DNA from: a virus
Taxonomy: Duplodnaviria > Caudoviricetes
Length of the DNA: 42,144 bases
IMG/VR virus record: IMGVR_UViG_3300028138_000002
Span: 1 to 42,144 of that record
Reading direction: 5' to 3' (one strand)
Both the position numbers and the translations under genes were made by a program. Shown in pieces: positions 25,258 to 34,490 of this stretch; position 1 is the first letter of the stretch; every line of letters starts with the position of its first letter. Under the pieces are notes generated by a model. The model was given only the letters and a program-made list of their open reading frames with translations, was not told the origin of the DNA and made no database searches.

Positions 25258-26714
25258 GCCAGCCGGCGGCGATAAGCCCATCCTCCACCTGGGCCGAGGA
25301 CATCGCCTCCGCCCCCAATCCGTTCCACGCCGCGATCACCCGTTACGCCCGCGCGCCCATCGCCTTCGTGCGCGAGATCCTCGGCGTCGAGCCGGACCCG
25401 TGGCAGCTGGAAGCGCTGCGCGCGCTGGCGCGCGGCCAGACCCGCGTCGCCATTCGTTCCGGCCATGGCGTCGGCAAGACCGCTTTCGCCGCCTGGGTGA
25501 TCGTCTGGTTCGCGAACACGCGCGCGCCGTTCAAGATCGCCGTCACCGCGCCCACCGCGCCGCAGCTGTTCGACGCGCTGTGGCCCGAGCTGAACAAATG
25601 GTTTCGCACCCTCCCCCGGTCCTGGCGCGAGCTGTGGGATTACACGTCCGACCACATCACCCTCAAGGCGGACGACGAGTGTTTCATCACCGCGCGGACC
25701 TCCCGTCCCGATCGTCCCGAGGCGATGGCCGGGCTGCACTCGGCCAGCGTGCTGCTCGTCGCCGACGAGGCGTCCGGCATCGACGAGGCGGTCTACGAGG
25801 CCGCCGGCGGCTCCATGTCATCCGCTGGCGCCATCACCCTTCTGATCGGCAATCCGACGCGCGCGACCGGGTTTTTCTGGCGTGCCCACATGCTGGAGCG
25901 CGATCGATGGTTCACCATGAAGGTGTCCTCCATCGACTCGAGACGCGTGACACCTGATTTCGTTCACGAAATAGAACAGCGTTACGGCCTCGACTCGAAT
26001 GCCTACCGCGTGCGCGTCCTCGGCGAGTTCCCCGAGGCCGGCGACAACACGCTGATCCCGGCTGATCTGGTCGACAGCGCCATGCTGCGCGATATCCCGA
26101 TCGATCCCACCCAACCCGTGATATGGGGCGTCGACGTCGCCCGTTTCGGCGCCGACGCGTCGGTGCTGATCAAACGCCAGGGCAACGTCGTCCCCGAGAT
26201 GCCCCGCCGCTGGCGCCAGTTCGACACCATGCAGCTGGCCGGCGCCGTCAAGGCGGAATACGACCTCGCCATCTCCAACAAGCCGGCTCTCGTCGTCATC
26301 GACGTGATCGGCATCGGCGCCGGCGTGGTCGATCGCCTGCATGAACAAAATCTCCCCGTCCTCGGCGTCAACGTCGCCGAGGCCGCGTCCACCACCGGAC
26401 GCTACGGCCGGCTGCGCGACGAATTGTGGATCAGGGCGCGCGAGTGGCTGGAAACCCGCGCCACCCGCCTGCCCCGCGACGACCAGCTGCGCGAGGATCT
26501 CGTCGCCCCGCGCTACGCTTTCCTGTCCGACGGCCGCATGCAGGTCGAGAGCAAGCAGAGCATGCGCTCGAGGGGCCTTCCCAGCCCCGATGCCGCCGAC
26601 GCGCTGATACATACGTTCGCGCAACAAGGTCTTGGTATCGGGTCGGGAATGACGTCCGGCCTGCACGACAACCGGCCGATCGCCATGAACCTGTATCCGG
26701 GGGATTTCGTCTGA
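25254..26714 (+). CDS. terL: terminase large subunit
   Basis: PWQ Q-motif, RSGHGVGKT Walker A, VADEA Walker B, GNP, GVDVARFG.D nuclease motif, SPDAADA. Confidence 0.95.
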   Translation: MSQPAAISPSSTWAEDIASAPNPFHAAITRYARAPIAFVREILGVEPDPWQLEALRALARGQTRVAIRSGHGVGKTAFAAWVIVWFANTRAPFKIAVTAPTAPQLFDALWPELNKWFRTLPRSWRELWDYTSDHITLKADDECFITARTSRPDRPEAMAGLHSASVLLVADEASGIDEAVYEAAGGSMSSAGAITLLIGNPTRATGFFWRAHMLERDRWFTMKVSSIDSRRVTPDFVHEIEQRYGLDSNAYRVRVLGEFPEAGDNTLIPADLVDSAMLRDIPIDPTQPVIWGVDVARFGADASVLIKRQGNVVPEMPRRWRQFDTMQLAGAVKAEYDLAISNKPALVVIDVIGIGAGVVDRLHEQNLPVLGVNVAEAASTTGRYGRLRDELWIRAREWLETRATRLPRDDQLREDLVAPRYAFLSDGRMQVESKQSMRSRGLPSPDAADALIHTFAQQGLGIGSGMTSGLHDNRPIAMNLYPGDFV

Positions 26715-29527
26715 TGAGCGCGAGTTCAACTTACCCGCCACCCGGCCCCCCGATGCCCCAACAGCCCATGCCCCAACAGCCCGGCCCCCCGCCCCCGGCG
26801 GCGATCAGCGCGTCCACGTCACCCTCGCCGCTGCCCCATATCCCCGGCCTGATCCCCGAGGGCATGCGGCCCACCGGCCTTAATTTCCCGGCCGAGCAGA
26901 TGCTGGCTTTCCTGCTGCCGCCCACTCGCTCCGACACCCCGCCACCCGACTCCGATGAGTCCCTGCCGCCCACGCTGCGCCGTCACGCCGCCGGGCTGCG
27001 ACCCACCGTCAGGCCCACCGGCGCGGCATGGCAGCAGGAGATCGTTTTCGAGCGGATCGGCAAGACCGATACCGAGATCGCCACCACCGGGCGGTTTTAT
27101 TTCGATGCCGCGCGGTCTTATGATGAGTATCTGAGTCGCGAGCGCGTGACGGCGTCCCGCTATTACGCCGGCGCGCCCGATGAGCCGCTGCCGGACGGCC
27201 GTTCCAAGATCGTCATGACCGTGGTCCGCGACACCATCCGCCAGACCTTGCCGTCCCTGCTGCGACTTTTCACCGCCGTCGAAGATCCCGTGAGCTTCGA
27301 ACCGATCAGCTCCGACGCCAGCGCTTCCACGTCCATGGTCCCCGGCGCCGGGCCGGGATCAGACCAGACGGCCACCGCGCTGGCCCGCCAGGCCACCGAC
27401 TACGCCCGCTGGGCGCTGTTCGTCGCCAACCCGGGCTGGACGGTGCTGCACGATGCCCTGCTCGACGCTCTCACGCGCAAGGCCGGCTGGGTGCGCTGGT
27501 CCTGGGGTAAAAAGCAGCACATGCGCACTGAGGTGAGCGAGGGCCTGCTGCTGCCGCAGCTGCAGATGCTGCTGTCGGAACCCGGTATCAAAGCCTCCCG
27601 CATCGTGCGCCGGCCGATGCTGCCGCACGAGCAGCAGGCTCTCGCCAAAACCCCTGACGGGCAGATGTATCTCAGCCAGGGCGCGCCGGCCGAGTTCTGG
27701 TCCGCCACGGTGACCCGCTCGACCACCCAGGCATGGCCCCAGGTCGAACACGTGCCGGCCGAATGCGTCTGGATCGTCGCCGACGCGGCCAACGTCGCCA
27801 GTGCCCGGGCCTTGTTCCATGTGCGTGACGTGTCGGTGTCGGATCTGATCGAGGCGGGCCTGCCCGAGGACAAGATCCTGGCGCATCGGGCCGTCGATCC
27901 GATGAACACGCGTCAGCGCCAGCAATCGATCGCGCGCGACGCGGCCACCGGCTACAACCTGAAAGGCAGCCCGCCCAACGATAAATCCATGTCCCTGGTG
28001 CGCTACGCCGAGGGCTGGGTGCGGATGGACATCGACGGCGACAATCGCGCCGAATTAATTCACATGCACTTCCTGGGAAATGCCCAGACCCTGGTGCAGT
28101 GGGAGCGCGTCGATGAGATCCCGCTGAGCTGTTTCACCCCCTACAGGGAACCCGGCCGCGTCATCGGCTCCTCGCAGGCCGACATGGTCATGGACCTGCA
28201 GCGGGTCGAATCAAGGGTGATGCGCGGGGTCCTCGACAGCCTCGGGCAATCAATGTTTCCCCGCACCGTCATGGTGCAGGGCCAGGCCAACCTCGCCGAC
28301 GTGCGTCAGACCGCGATCGGCGCCATCATCCGGGTGGCGCAGGCCGGCGCGGTGACTGAGCTGGTCAAGCCGTTCCAGGGCAAGGAGGCGCTGCCCGTGC
28401 TTGAGGTGCTGGAGAGCATCCGCGAGAGCCGTACCGGCATCACCCGCGCCTCATCCGGCCTGACGATCGACGAATTGCAGTCGACCACGCCGATGGCGGT
28501 CACCCAGCAATCGAGCGCCGCGCAGGATCGTCTGGACATGGTCGCGCGCACCATGGCGGAAACCGGTCTGGCGCCGCTCTACGCCGGCCTGCTCAAGATG
28601 CTGGCCCGTCAGCAGGACCGCCCCAACGTGATCCGCATTCGCGGGCAGTGGCTGCCGATCGACCCGCGCGCCCTGGCCACGATGTGGGAAACCAGCGTCA
28701 ATGTCGGCGGTAAGGGGTTACCGCACGAGCGGCTGGCCATGCTCGGCCAGATCGCGGCGAAGCAGGAGCAGCTGATCCAGATGGGCGGTCTGACCAACCC
28801 GTTGGCGGGAGTACCCGAATACCGCAACACGCTCGCGAGGATGCTGGAAACCGTCAACATCGCCGACGTGTCGTCCTACTTCAAAGCCCTGCCGCCGGAC
28901 TGGCAACCGCCGCCGACACCGCCCCCGCCGCCGAATACCGACATGCTGCTGGCCCAGGTGCAGCAGGCGAAGACCGCCGCCGATGTCGAGAATGACCGGG
29001 CGGACCAGCAGACGAAGCGCGCCGCGCTGCTGCTCGACGACGATCGCGAGCGCGACAAGGCCGCGATCGACGCCTGGACGAAGACCTGGGTCGCGGGCGC
29101 CCAGTTCGGCACCCCGGTGCCGGCTCTGGCCGACTTCAAGGCGGCGATGAAGAGCCAGGCACCCGGGGTCGCGCTGCTGTCGGATCTGCCGGCCCCGACC
29201 AGCCCGGCCCCGCCGGCGTCCGGGTCGCCCCCCGCCCCCAATCCCAACCAGCGGCCCGCGCCGCCGGGCCTGGGAGGCCCCCCTGGCGGCCCCCTACGTC
29301 CGCCCGGCCCGCTACGTCCACCCGGTCCGCCTCCGCCCCCGCTGGCGCCGCCTTCTGGCCCCGATCCGGCCACGGCGGCCGCCGTGCGCGGCGCGCTGGC
29401 CGGCGGCCGCATGCCGAGCGCCTATGGCCAGCTGGCGCAACGCGCGGCGCTGTCACCCTTGCTCGGCCCGGGCGGGCCGCCGCTGCCCCCGCCCATGTCA
29501 CCCGGAGGGACCAATGCCCCAGCGTGA
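26714..29527 (+). CDS. portal protein (P22-like podovirus type) with long Pro-rich termini
   Basis: Follows TerL (TGATG); A.RYY.G...GRSK.V...VRDT....PSLLR.F, DAL..K.G, RE.RTGIT motifs. Confidence 0.88.
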   Translation: MSASSTYPPPGPPMPQQPMPQQPGPPPPAAISASTSPSPLPHIPGLIPEGMRPTGLNFPAEQMLAFLLPPTRSDTPPPDSDESLPPTLRRHAAGLRPTVRPTGAAWQQEIVFERIGKTDTEIATTGRFYFDAARSYDEYLSRERVTASRYYAGAPDEPLPDGRSKIVMTVVRDTIRQTLPSLLRLFTAVEDPVSFEPISSDASASTSMVPGAGPGSDQTATALARQATDYARWALFVANPGWTVLHDALLDALTRKAGWVRWSWGKKQHMRTEVSEGLLLPQLQMLLSEPGIKASRIVRRPMLPHEQQALAKTPDGQMYLSQGAPAEFWSATVTRSTTQAWPQVEHVPAECVWIVADAANVASARALFHVRDVSVSDLIEAGLPEDKILAHRAVDPMNTRQRQQSIARDAATGYNLKGSPPNDKSMSLVRYAEGWVRMDIDGDNRAELIHMHFLGNAQTLVQWERVDEIPLSCFTPYREPGRVIGSSQADMVMDLQRVESRVMRGVLDSLGQSMFPRTVMVQGQANLADVRQTAIGAIIRVAQAGAVTELVKPFQGKEALPVLEVLESIRESRTGITRASSGLTIDELQSTTPMAVTQQSSAAQDRLDMVARTMAETGLAPLYAGLLKMLARQQDRPNVIRIRGQWLPIDPRALATMWETSVNVGGKGLPHERLAMLGQIAAKQEQLIQMGGLTNPLAGVPEYRNTLARMLETVNIADVSSYFKALPPDWQPPPTPPPPPNTDMLLAQVQQAKTAADVENDRADQQTKRAALLLDDDRERDKAAIDAWTKTWVAGAQFGTPVPALADFKAAMKSQAPGVALLSDLPAPTSPAPPASGSPPAPNPNQRPAPPGLGGPPGGPLRPPGPLRPPGPPPPPLAPPSGPDPATAAAVRGALAGGRMPSAYGQLAQRAALSPLLGPGGPPLPPPMSPGGTNAPA

Positions 29528-29903
29528 ATCGACCGGTCAGCGTCCACGCGACGACCACCCCACCGCCGATGACTGGGAGGCCTCGTCGCTGGGCCGGATG
29601 GAGCTGTTGGAGGCTGGCCAGGAGGTGCGTTACCTCGTCCATTTCATGTGGTCGCGCTGCGATAAGGACGAGGTCAACGAGCTGCACCGACGCATCGTGG
29701 ACGTGCTGTCCGGCCGCGACACCGCCACCACTCTGGTGACGCTGGCGCACGTCGCGGGGGTCGCGTTGATGAGTGGCGTCGAGGATGAGGTGAAGCGCGA
29801 GACGGTGCTGGCCGCGTTCCGGCTGATGCTGCGCGGCACCCTGGATCTCGGCCGCGTCCAGGCCGCCAGAAGCCCCGCCCCGAAACCGGACACGCCGGCA
29901 TGA
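29514..29903 (+). CDS. hypothetical protein
   Basis: GGAGG RBS before ATG 29514; helical composition. Confidence 0.6.
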   Translation: MPQRESTGQRPRDDHPTADDWEASSLGRMELLEAGQEVRYLVHFMWSRCDKDEVNELHRRIVDVLSGRDTATTLVTLAHVAGVALMSGVEDEVKRETVLAAFRLMLRGTLDLGRVQAARSPAPKPDTPA

Positions 29904-30070
29904 CGCTGATCCTGATCATCCTGCTGATTCTGTTGCTGGCCGGTGGCGGGTATGGCTGGCGATCGGGCTATATCGGCTCGCTCGGCGACCCGCTGGCGAT
30001 CGTCTTCATCGTCCTGCTGGTGGTGTTGCTGGTGGGCGCGATCGGCGGCACGCGATGGGGATACTGGTGA
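29900..30070 (+). CDS. 56-aa two-TM membrane protein (DUF3309-like)
   Basis: MTLILIILLILLLAGGGYGWRSGYIGSLGDPLAIVFIVLLVVLLVGAIGGTRWGYW; coupled on both sides; absent from the ORF track. Confidence 0.7.
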   Translation: MTLILIILLILLLAGGGYGWRSGYIGSLGDPLAIVFIVLLVVLLVGAIGGTRWGYW

Positions 30071-30360
30071 TGCACACGAAAGACGTTCTGGCCGCCGCGT
30101 TGCGGGGCGCGGGCCTGCATGAGATGGCCGACAGGGCGGCGGAAGGCTACTACCACGACTATCTGTCGCCGCTGGATCTGCCCGCGCTGCAGCTGCTCGC
30201 TGATCTGGAGGTGGCCGCGACACCGGCCGCGCTGGCGCTGCGCGCCCGTCACCTGCGGGGCGAGTTCGACGCCAGCGAGGAAGAAGGCGCCGTCTGGGCG
30301 GCCTCGTCCGAGGCCCAGGCCGTCTTCAGTGAGCTGACGCGGCGTGAAGGGAAGCCCTGA
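30070..30360 (+). CDS. hypothetical protein
   Basis: TGATG coupling; A.RA.EGYYHDY.SP...P...L..DL...G.FDA motif. Confidence 0.65.
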   Translation: MHTKDVLAAALRGAGLHEMADRAAEGYYHDYLSPLDLPALQLLADLEVAATPAALALRARHLRGEFDASEEEGAVWAASSEAQAVFSELTRREGKP

Positions 30361-30363
30361 CCC

Positions 30364-30621
30364 GTGGCCCTGACGCCTGACCAACAGCGCCGCGCGATGG
30401 CGGCGGAGCGGCTGCTGGCCGATCCGGCCTTCACCGAGATCCTCGACCGCATCGTGGAGGACGCCGCCAGCCAGGCGCTCTATGTCGATGATCCCGCCCA
30501 ACGCGAGGCGAACCGGCAGATGGTGCTGGCGATCACCCGCATCCGGGGCGAGCTGAAGGCTGACGCCGAGCTGCCCGAATCCGTTCGTGACGCCGAGATC
30601 CTGGCGAAGAGCATGGAGTAG
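30364..30621 (+). CDS. small head-module protein (usually found between portal and scaffold)
   Basis: AERLLADPAF.E helical motif; position. Confidence 0.65.
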   Translation: MALTPDQQRRAMAAERLLADPAFTEILDRIVEDAASQALYVDDPAQREANRQMVLAITRIRGELKADAELPESVRDAEILAKSME

Positions 30622-30625
30622 CCGC

Positions 30626-32392
30626 ATGCCGTCGTTGCTCGACCCGCCCGACGCGACCTCCACTGACGCCAGCAACCCGATCAGCGCCGCTTTGGGCGAG
30701 ATCTACCGCCGCGTGACCGGCTATATGTCGGGATCGCCGGACATGGCGTTCCGCTACGCCGACAACCCGATCGGCACCGAGACGACGCGTCCCCATCAGA
30801 CCGTCGGGATGCCGCGTGATTTCGTCCCCGCCGCGACGGTCGGCGGCGGCCTGTGGGGTCCTGAACGGCCGATCGCGCGGGCTGACGTGGACGCGTTCCG
30901 CGCCGGATCGCAGAACCTCTATGACCAGGCGTCGCTGCTCGCCGGCAGCCGGGGCCTGTTTGAGCCGGGAGGCACCCCCGGCGGTCAGGTCGCGCTGCCG
31001 GCGCGACGTCGTCTGGCCAACCCGCCGCCCGCCCGTGGCCTGCTCGGCGGCGCCACCGAGCCGCTGCCGGACCTGCCCACCCCGCCGCCGGCGGCGGGGT
31101 CGAACAACCCGCCGTCGCTGCTGGGTGACGCGGTCGTGCCGGCGCCGGGCGCGGCCGATCGGATCTCGACGCGCATACCCTGGGCCAAGGGCCAGACGGG
31201 TGATCCGCACGCCTCCGCCGACCTGACGGTGGGGATCGACAGCTCCCGCGCGTCCGGTGACGCCTACGTGAAGAACGCCAGGTTCATCGACGGCTATTCC
31301 GACATCCCCACGGCGGGCCTGGCGGACGACCCCGAGGCGCTGCACCAGGCGCTGATCTCGCACGCCAGGGACAATCTGCTGTTCCTGCACGATTCCATTC
31401 CCGCCGAGATCCGCGAACAGTCGAAGCTCTGGTATGACGGCGCCAACAACATCGCTCAGCGGTGGGCCGACCAGTATGGCATCTCGCCGCGCCAGGCCGC
31501 CGGCACGCTCGCCGCCCTGTCGCCGCAGAAAGACTGGTTCCAGAACGTCAGCCTGGCGAAGCGGCTGCTCGATATCCGTCAGGGCCAGGGCGCCACGATC
31601 GCGACGCCTGAGATGCGGCCGTGGTTCGATCGTTTCGTCAACTCGCAGAAGGACCCCAACGACGCCACGGCCTATCGGGCGCATATCGACGGTTTCGAGG
31701 GCAAACCGCTGTCGGAAATCAGCGATCCCGAGGCGCAGGCGCTGTGGATGCGGGCGTTTGATGAGGCGCACAACCCGCGCGGGTATGATGTCGTCACGCC
31801 ACAGGGCGATTTCGCCGGTCCCGCGCTCAACAAGGACGGCTCGTCGCGCAAGGTGGGCTGGGGGTCGCTCGGCGAGATCTCCAAGGCGCTCGGCACGCTT
31901 CAGGAGGACAGCACGGCCAACATCAGCCAGCTGATGGGCGCCAATCACAAGGTGCGGAACTTCTACAATAACATTATTTCGCCAAACAGCTTAAATGGAG
32001 ACGTGACGATCGACACGCACGCCATCGCGGCGGCGCATCTGCGTCCGCTCGCCGGTGGCGATAACGAGGTGAAGATCGGGCTGGGACTAAGCCCTGGCTC
32101 GGGGAACGCCGCGACCGGTTCGAAGGGTCTTTATGGCGCCTACGCCGAGGCTTATCGGCAGGCGGCGGCGCGGCTCGGCATTCTGCCGCGCGAGCTGCAG
32201 TCGATCACCTGGGAGGGCGTCCGGGGCCTCTATTCGGACGTGCAGAAGCGTAACAAGCCGTTCACCGACACCATCAACGGATTTTGGAACCAACACGGCA
32301 ATGGAGAGATCAGTGCCAACGACGCGAGGGACGCCAGCGTCCGAGCAGCTGGAGGAATTGACCCGCCTGAGTGGTGGCGACCCGGTTCTTAA
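30626..32392 (+). CDS. protein with low-complexity N-terminus and HhH DNA-glycosylase-like (DUF7178-like) C-terminal domain
   Basis: LWYDGA, AALSPQKDW..NV, KVRNFYNNI..P, VTIDTHA, Y..YAEAY..AA..LG..P...Q.ITW. Confidence 0.65.
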   Translation: MPSLLDPPDATSTDASNPISAALGEIYRRVTGYMSGSPDMAFRYADNPIGTETTRPHQTVGMPRDFVPAATVGGGLWGPERPIARADVDAFRAGSQNLYDQASLLAGSRGLFEPGGTPGGQVALPARRRLANPPPARGLLGGATEPLPDLPTPPPAAGSNNPPSLLGDAVVPAPGAADRISTRIPWAKGQTGDPHASADLTVGIDSSRASGDAYVKNARFIDGYSDIPTAGLADDPEALHQALISHARDNLLFLHDSIPAEIREQSKLWYDGANNIAQRWADQYGISPRQAAGTLAALSPQKDWFQNVSLAKRLLDIRQGQGATIATPEMRPWFDRFVNSQKDPNDATAYRAHIDGFEGKPLSEISDPEAQALWMRAFDEAHNPRGYDVVTPQGDFAGPALNKDGSSRKVGWGSLGEISKALGTLQEDSTANISQLMGANHKVRNFYNNIISPNSLNGDVTIDTHAIAAAHLRPLAGGDNEVKIGLGLSPGSGNAATGSKGLYGAYAEAYRQAAARLGILPRELQSITWEGVRGLYSDVQKRNKPFTDTINGFWNQHGNGEISANDARDASVRAAGGIDPPEWWRPGS

Positions 32393-32537
32393 GGGGTTGC
32401 TGGCCCGTGGCGGGCCGGTCACGCGCGAGCGTTACATCAACAACGCCTATGGCGCCGACGTGCCCGACCCGTGGACGGCGGAGCATGAGCTGGAGATCCC
32501 CGGGCCGCTGCAGGATCATACCAAGGTCACCGGCTGA
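32301..32537 (+). CDS. small protein overlapping the 3' end of the 30626 gene (candidate partner/immunity)
   Basis: DPVLKGLLARGGPVTRERYINNAYGADVPDPWTAEHELEIP; TGATG coupling to scaffold; start uncertain (32301 or 32313). Confidence 0.6.
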   Translation: MERSVPTTRGTPASEQLEELTRLSGGDPVLKGLLARGGPVTRERYINNAYGADVPDPWTAEHELEIPGPLQDHTKVTG

Positions 32538-33664
32538 TGTCTGAAAGCACGGGCGCACCGGCCGGCGCACCGGCCCCCGCCGCCCCGGCGGAGTCCAGCC
32601 CGGCGCCGATCACCCAGACACCGATCTCCGTCTCCGACGCGGCGCGCATCATGGCGCAGCGCTCGCGCGAGGCGGCGGGCGCGGCGGCGGCACCCACGCC
32701 GGTTGACACCGCCCGGCGGCCGTCGGCCAATGAAATGCGGGCGGCGCCGGCAAACCCCTCCGCCGCTCCCGCGCCGCCAGCTCCGGTTCAGCAGGCCCCA
32801 CCCGCACCAGCCGGGCTGGCGGCGATGGAGGCGGCCCTCGGGCTGCCCGGCGGCGGCCCGCCGCCCGGGGCGTCACCAGAGTCCACACCATCGCCCCCGT
32901 CCGACCCGATGGGCGGCGTCGAGATCGACGGTCGCCGCTACACGACGGCGGAACTGCGCGAACAGGTGCTGAAAGCCGCCGACTACACCCGGAAGACCCA
33001 GGAGCTGGCGGCGCAGCGGCAGACGTTTGAGCAGCAGGCGGCCCAGGTGCGGGCGCAGCAGCAGGCGCTGGCCACGGTGCTGCCGCTGATCCAGCCCGAG
33101 CTGGCCAGACTGGCGGAAACCGTTCAGCAGCCGGTCGCGCGGCCGGATCTGGCGCTGCTGGAGACGAACCCGCAGCAATACCTGCGCGAGCAGGCGGCGT
33201 TCGAACACGCGGTCGCCGAGCAGCAGCGGCTGGCCTCGCTGAACGGCGTGCAGGCCGAGGCGCAGGCCCGCGCGCTCGAGCAACAGGTGGCCGCCGGCAA
33301 CGAGCAGCTGTCCCGCGAGCTGCCGTTCTGGGGCGATCCGCAGCAGCGGCTGGCGGTGCAGCAGCAGATCGTCGAATGGGCGACGACGAAGGGCGGCTAT
33401 TCCCGTGACGAGCTGCGCGGCCTCGCCTCCCCGCACCATCTCAAGGCGATGATGAAAGCGGCCTTGTTCGACCGTTGGGTGGACAGCGCCAAATCAGCGG
33501 CACCGCGTGAAACCGTCGCGGTGGCGCGTGGCATGGCCCCACCCCCGGCCCCGTCCGAGCGGGTGCAGGCAGCCACGGCGGCGTTTGAGGCGAAAGCCGA
33601 TTTCCGCACCGGCGCGGCCTTGTTGGCGGCGCGTCGCGCGGCGACGAACGGTCAGGCGCGTTAG
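32537..33664 (+). CDS. capsid scaffolding protein
   Basis: EIDG..Y...EL......DYTRKTQELA motif, coiled coil, Pro-rich N-terminus, upstream of MCP. Confidence 0.85.
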   Translation: MSESTGAPAGAPAPAAPAESSPAPITQTPISVSDAARIMAQRSREAAGAAAAPTPVDTARRPSANEMRAAPANPSAAPAPPAPVQQAPPAPAGLAAMEAALGLPGGGPPPGASPESTPSPPSDPMGGVEIDGRRYTTAELREQVLKAADYTRKTQELAAQRQTFEQQAAQVRAQQQALATVLPLIQPELARLAETVQQPVARPDLALLETNPQQYLREQAAFEHAVAEQQRLASLNGVQAEAQARALEQQVAAGNEQLSRELPFWGDPQQRLAVQQQIVEWATTKGGYSRDELRGLASPHHLKAMMKAALFDRWVDSAKSAAPRETVAVARGMAPPPAPSERVQAATAAFEAKADFRTGAALLAARRAATNGQAR

Positions 33665-33693
33665 CGTCGCCGGCGCGCTGAGCGCCGGCGACG
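33665..33693. terminator. 12-bp stem-loop between convergent genes
   Basis: cgtcgccggcgc-gctga-gcgccggcgacg; no U-tract. Confidence 0.5.
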
Positions 33694-33699
33694 GGACGG

Positions 33700-34233
33700 T
33701 TATCGCGGCTGCGGGACGGGCGGCAGCCCCTGGTCGGGGTATACCGGTGACGACGGCAGTCCCTGGTCGGGGTATGGCTGGTTACCTGGCAGCCCCTGGT
33801 CCGGGTGCGGCTGGCTGCCCGGCAGATCGTGGCCCGGGCTGAGCGACGGGTCGACCACGGTATAGCCGATCACCTGCAGCCCGCCGGCCGCGCTGATCGC
33901 GCAGATCGCGACGAGGAGCTTTTGCGACGGCAGGCCATGGTCGGGGCGGCCGTGCCCCGGCAGCCCCTGGTCGGGATGCCCGTGGACCGGCGGCAACCCC
34001 TGGTCGGGCCGCTCGGGCCGCACCGGCGGCCAGATGCTGCCCGGGGGCATTCCGAAATCCGGTGGCAGCGGCGTCGGCGGCCAGATGCCGACCGGCGGTG
34101 GCCAGATCCCCGGCGGCGGTGGTGGCATCACGATGGGGTGGCCGGGGGTCCCGGGCGGTGTCGGGAGCGTGTTGTCGGGTCCACCGGGGACGACGATGTA
34201 GCTGCCGGCGGGGACGGGGAAGGAGGAGGCCAT
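33700..34233 (-). CDS. Pro/Gly-rich PDQGLP-repeat protein (antisense insert in head module)
   Basis: AAGGA RBS before ATG 34233; five PDQGLP plus PDHGLP, PDNTLP and PGHDLP variants; three IWPP repeats. Confidence 0.75.
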   Translation of the reverse strand: MASSFPVPAGSYIVVPGGPDNTLPTPPGTPGHPIVMPPPPPGIWPPPVGIWPPTPLPPDFGMPPGSIWPPVRPERPDQGLPPVHGHPDQGLPGHGRPDHGLPSQKLLVAICAISAAGGLQVIGYTVVDPSLSPGHDLPGSQPHPDQGLPGNQPYPDQGLPSSPVYPDQGLPPVPQPR

Positions 34234-34300
34234 GGCGGTCCTTTCAGGTTGAAAGCGCACCCGGTCTGGCATGTTCGCGCCGCTTTGTCGCGATCCCCTC

Positions 34301-34330
34301 TGGACAAAAAGTGGTGGATGTCTCGATAGT
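34301..34330 (+). promoter_or_regulatory. putative promoter for the major capsid transcript
   Basis: TGGACA-N18-GATAGT just upstream of the structured leader. Confidence 0.4.
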
Positions 34331-34339
34331 GACACCGTC

Positions 34340-34490
34340 GCCCGATGGAGTCCCAACGGACCAACCGGAGAGCGGGCCGTGCCGTCGCCTGGATGATCAC
34401 GCGCCGCCGGGAGTCCTCGGGACCAACCCGGCATCAGCCGTGACCGACCCATCGCGAAACCCATGATCTGGTTTCACCGCGTGAAACGCC
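34340..34490 (+). ncRNA. candidate structured cis-regulatory leader of the major capsid gene
   Basis: Two hairpins share GG-A-GUCC-loop-GGAC-CAA-CC (34347-34366, 34410-34428) with different loops and outer stems; third hairpin gtttcac-cgc-gtgaaac. Confidence 0.5.

Noticed and set aside
33715-34015. Spaced ggcagcccctggtcggg repeats as a CRISPR-like array
   Set aside because: The repeats are short, vary at synonymous positions and encode PDQGLP in frame.
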